The position numbers and the translations under genes are program-made. A stretch of 64,000 nt of DNA from Chiloscyllium plagiosum. Its lineage: Eukaryota. Under the pieces are notes generated by a model. The model searched no databases and was not told the origin of the DNA. It was given only the letters and a program-made list of their open reading frames with translations. Below, piece after piece: positions 62,340 to 64,000 of the stretch (within the stretch, counting starts at the first letter, position 1; every line of letters starts with the position of its first letter). Where the stretch lies: assembly GCF_004010195.1 (NCBI RefSeq), contig NC_057753.1, forward strand, positions 4,019,656 to 4,083,655, in the 5' to 3' direction.

Positions 62340-63790
62340 ATCACATCCAAGTGTGGATTGGACACAGCTGTTTGAAGGGAAGTCCACATGTGAGATGTGG
62401 GAGGCTTTCAAAGATAGGTTAAAGGTAGTGCAGGATAGGCATGTCCCGTTGAAGATAAACGATAGGAAAGGAAATATTCGTGAACCGTGGATGACAGGAG
62501 AAATTGTACGACTAGCCAAGAGGAAAAGGGAAAAGTACATAAGGTCCAGGCAGCTAAGAACAGAACGGGCCCTGGAGGAATATCGGAAGAGCAGGACAAG
62601 TCTTAAACGAGGAATCAAGCGGGCTAAAAGGGGTCATGAAATAGCATTAGCGAGCAGAATTAAGGAGAATCCCAAAGCATTTTATTCTTTTATAAGATGC
62701 AAGCGGGTAGCTAGAGAAAGGATTGGTCCACTAAAGGATAATGAAGGAAGGCTGTGTGTCGAACCTGAGAGAATGGGTGGGATTCTGAATGATTACTTTG
62801 CATCAGTGTTCACTGAGGAGAGGGACATGAATGATCTGGATGGCGAAGCCGAGGGCATTCTGGTTCGGTTTTCAGATGATGCAGAGATCGGTGGACTGGC
62901 AGGTGGCATTAAAGAGGCAGGAAGGTTGCAGAAATATTTAGACAGGTCAGGAAAGTGGGCAAAGAATTGTCAGACGAAATACAACGTGGGAATGTGAGGT
63001 CATGCACCTTGTTAGATAGAATAGAGGCATAGACTATTTTCTTAGTGGGGTGAAAATTCAGAAATGTGCAGTGCAAAGAGACTTGGGTATCCTGGTCCAG
63101 GTTTCTCTTAAGGTAACCTTGCAGGTTCAGTTCGTAGTTAGAAAGGCATATACAATGTTATTATTCATCTTGAAAGAACGAGAGTACAAAAGCCAGGATT
63201 ACCTCTGAGGCTTTATAAAGCTATGATCAGAGCACATTTAGATTATTGTGAGCATTTTTGCCCCATACGTCAGGAAGGATGTAATGGCCGTGGAGCAGGT
63301 CCAGAGGACGTTTACGAGAATGATCCTAGGAATGAAAAGTTTAACATATGAGGAGCATTTGAGGACTCTAGACTATACTCAATAGAGTTTAGAAAGATGA
63401 TGGAAGATCTGACTGAAACTTACAGAGTACTGAATGGTCTGGACATAATGAGTGTTGGGAAGAGACTTCCATTGGCAGGAGAGATGAGGAATCGAGGGCA
63501 CAGCCTTGCAGAAAGGGAAGACCTTTAGAACGGAGAAAAGGACAAGCCTCCTTAGCCAGAGAGTGGTGAATATGTGGAATTTATTGTCGTAGAAGACTGT
63601 GGAGGCCAGGCCATTGAGTATATTTAAAACAGAGATAGAGGAGTTCATGATTGTGAAAGGGATCAATGGTTACGGGGAGAATGTGGGAAAATAAGGTTAA
63701 AAAAACCATCAGTCATGATTGAATCACAGAGCAGACTCAATGGGCTGAATGGCCTAACTCCTGTGCAAACTTTGTATGGTCTTATGACTG
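62340..63790 (+). mobile_element. Composite CR1 LINE fragments
   Basis: IKENPKAFY..LNDYFASVFT joined to FSDD region and 3' end. Confidence 0.85.
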
Positions 63791-64000
63791 ACAGTGACAA
63801 AGGATGCACGATGCTCATAAGGTTATACTTATGTCTATATCACATCAGTATATCATCGAGGTATGTTGTCCTGTCTGAACACAGAACTGTAGAGATGTAA
63901 CGCTATTGCCATACCATATTCAGGATTGTTGTGATCCCATTTAGGAGAGTAACTTGACTCGAATAGAAATTTATTGCAAGGGTCTGTTCGCAGTATCCAA

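Overview
This is repeat-dense vertebrate genomic DNA, almost certainly from a shark or other elasmobranch. The basis is abundant HE1-type tRNA-derived SINEs, HER1/CR1 LINEs and finger-only C2H2 genes; it is a draft assembly with N gaps. The left 23 kb is a nest of class I endogenous retroviruses. ERV-A is an old, rearranged epsilon-like family present in at least three pieces; its pol appears to carry a 2H-phosphoesterase insert between protease and RT. ERV-B is a better-preserved HERV-I/IP10-like provirus with a tRNA-Pro PBS and a BET-binding integrase tail, lying head-to-head with a CpG-island promoter. The middle of the window holds two convergent, intact, effector-less tandem C2H2 zinc-finger genes (7 and 11 fingers), each with a likely CpG-island promoter and a shared 3' UTR. 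Scattered throughout are Penelope-like elements with three families of minimal hammerhead ribozymes, plus Gypsy, Tx1, Rex1, hAT, Tigger and Harbinger remnants. All family assignments come from motifs recognised by eye; no searches were run and repeat boundaries are approximate.
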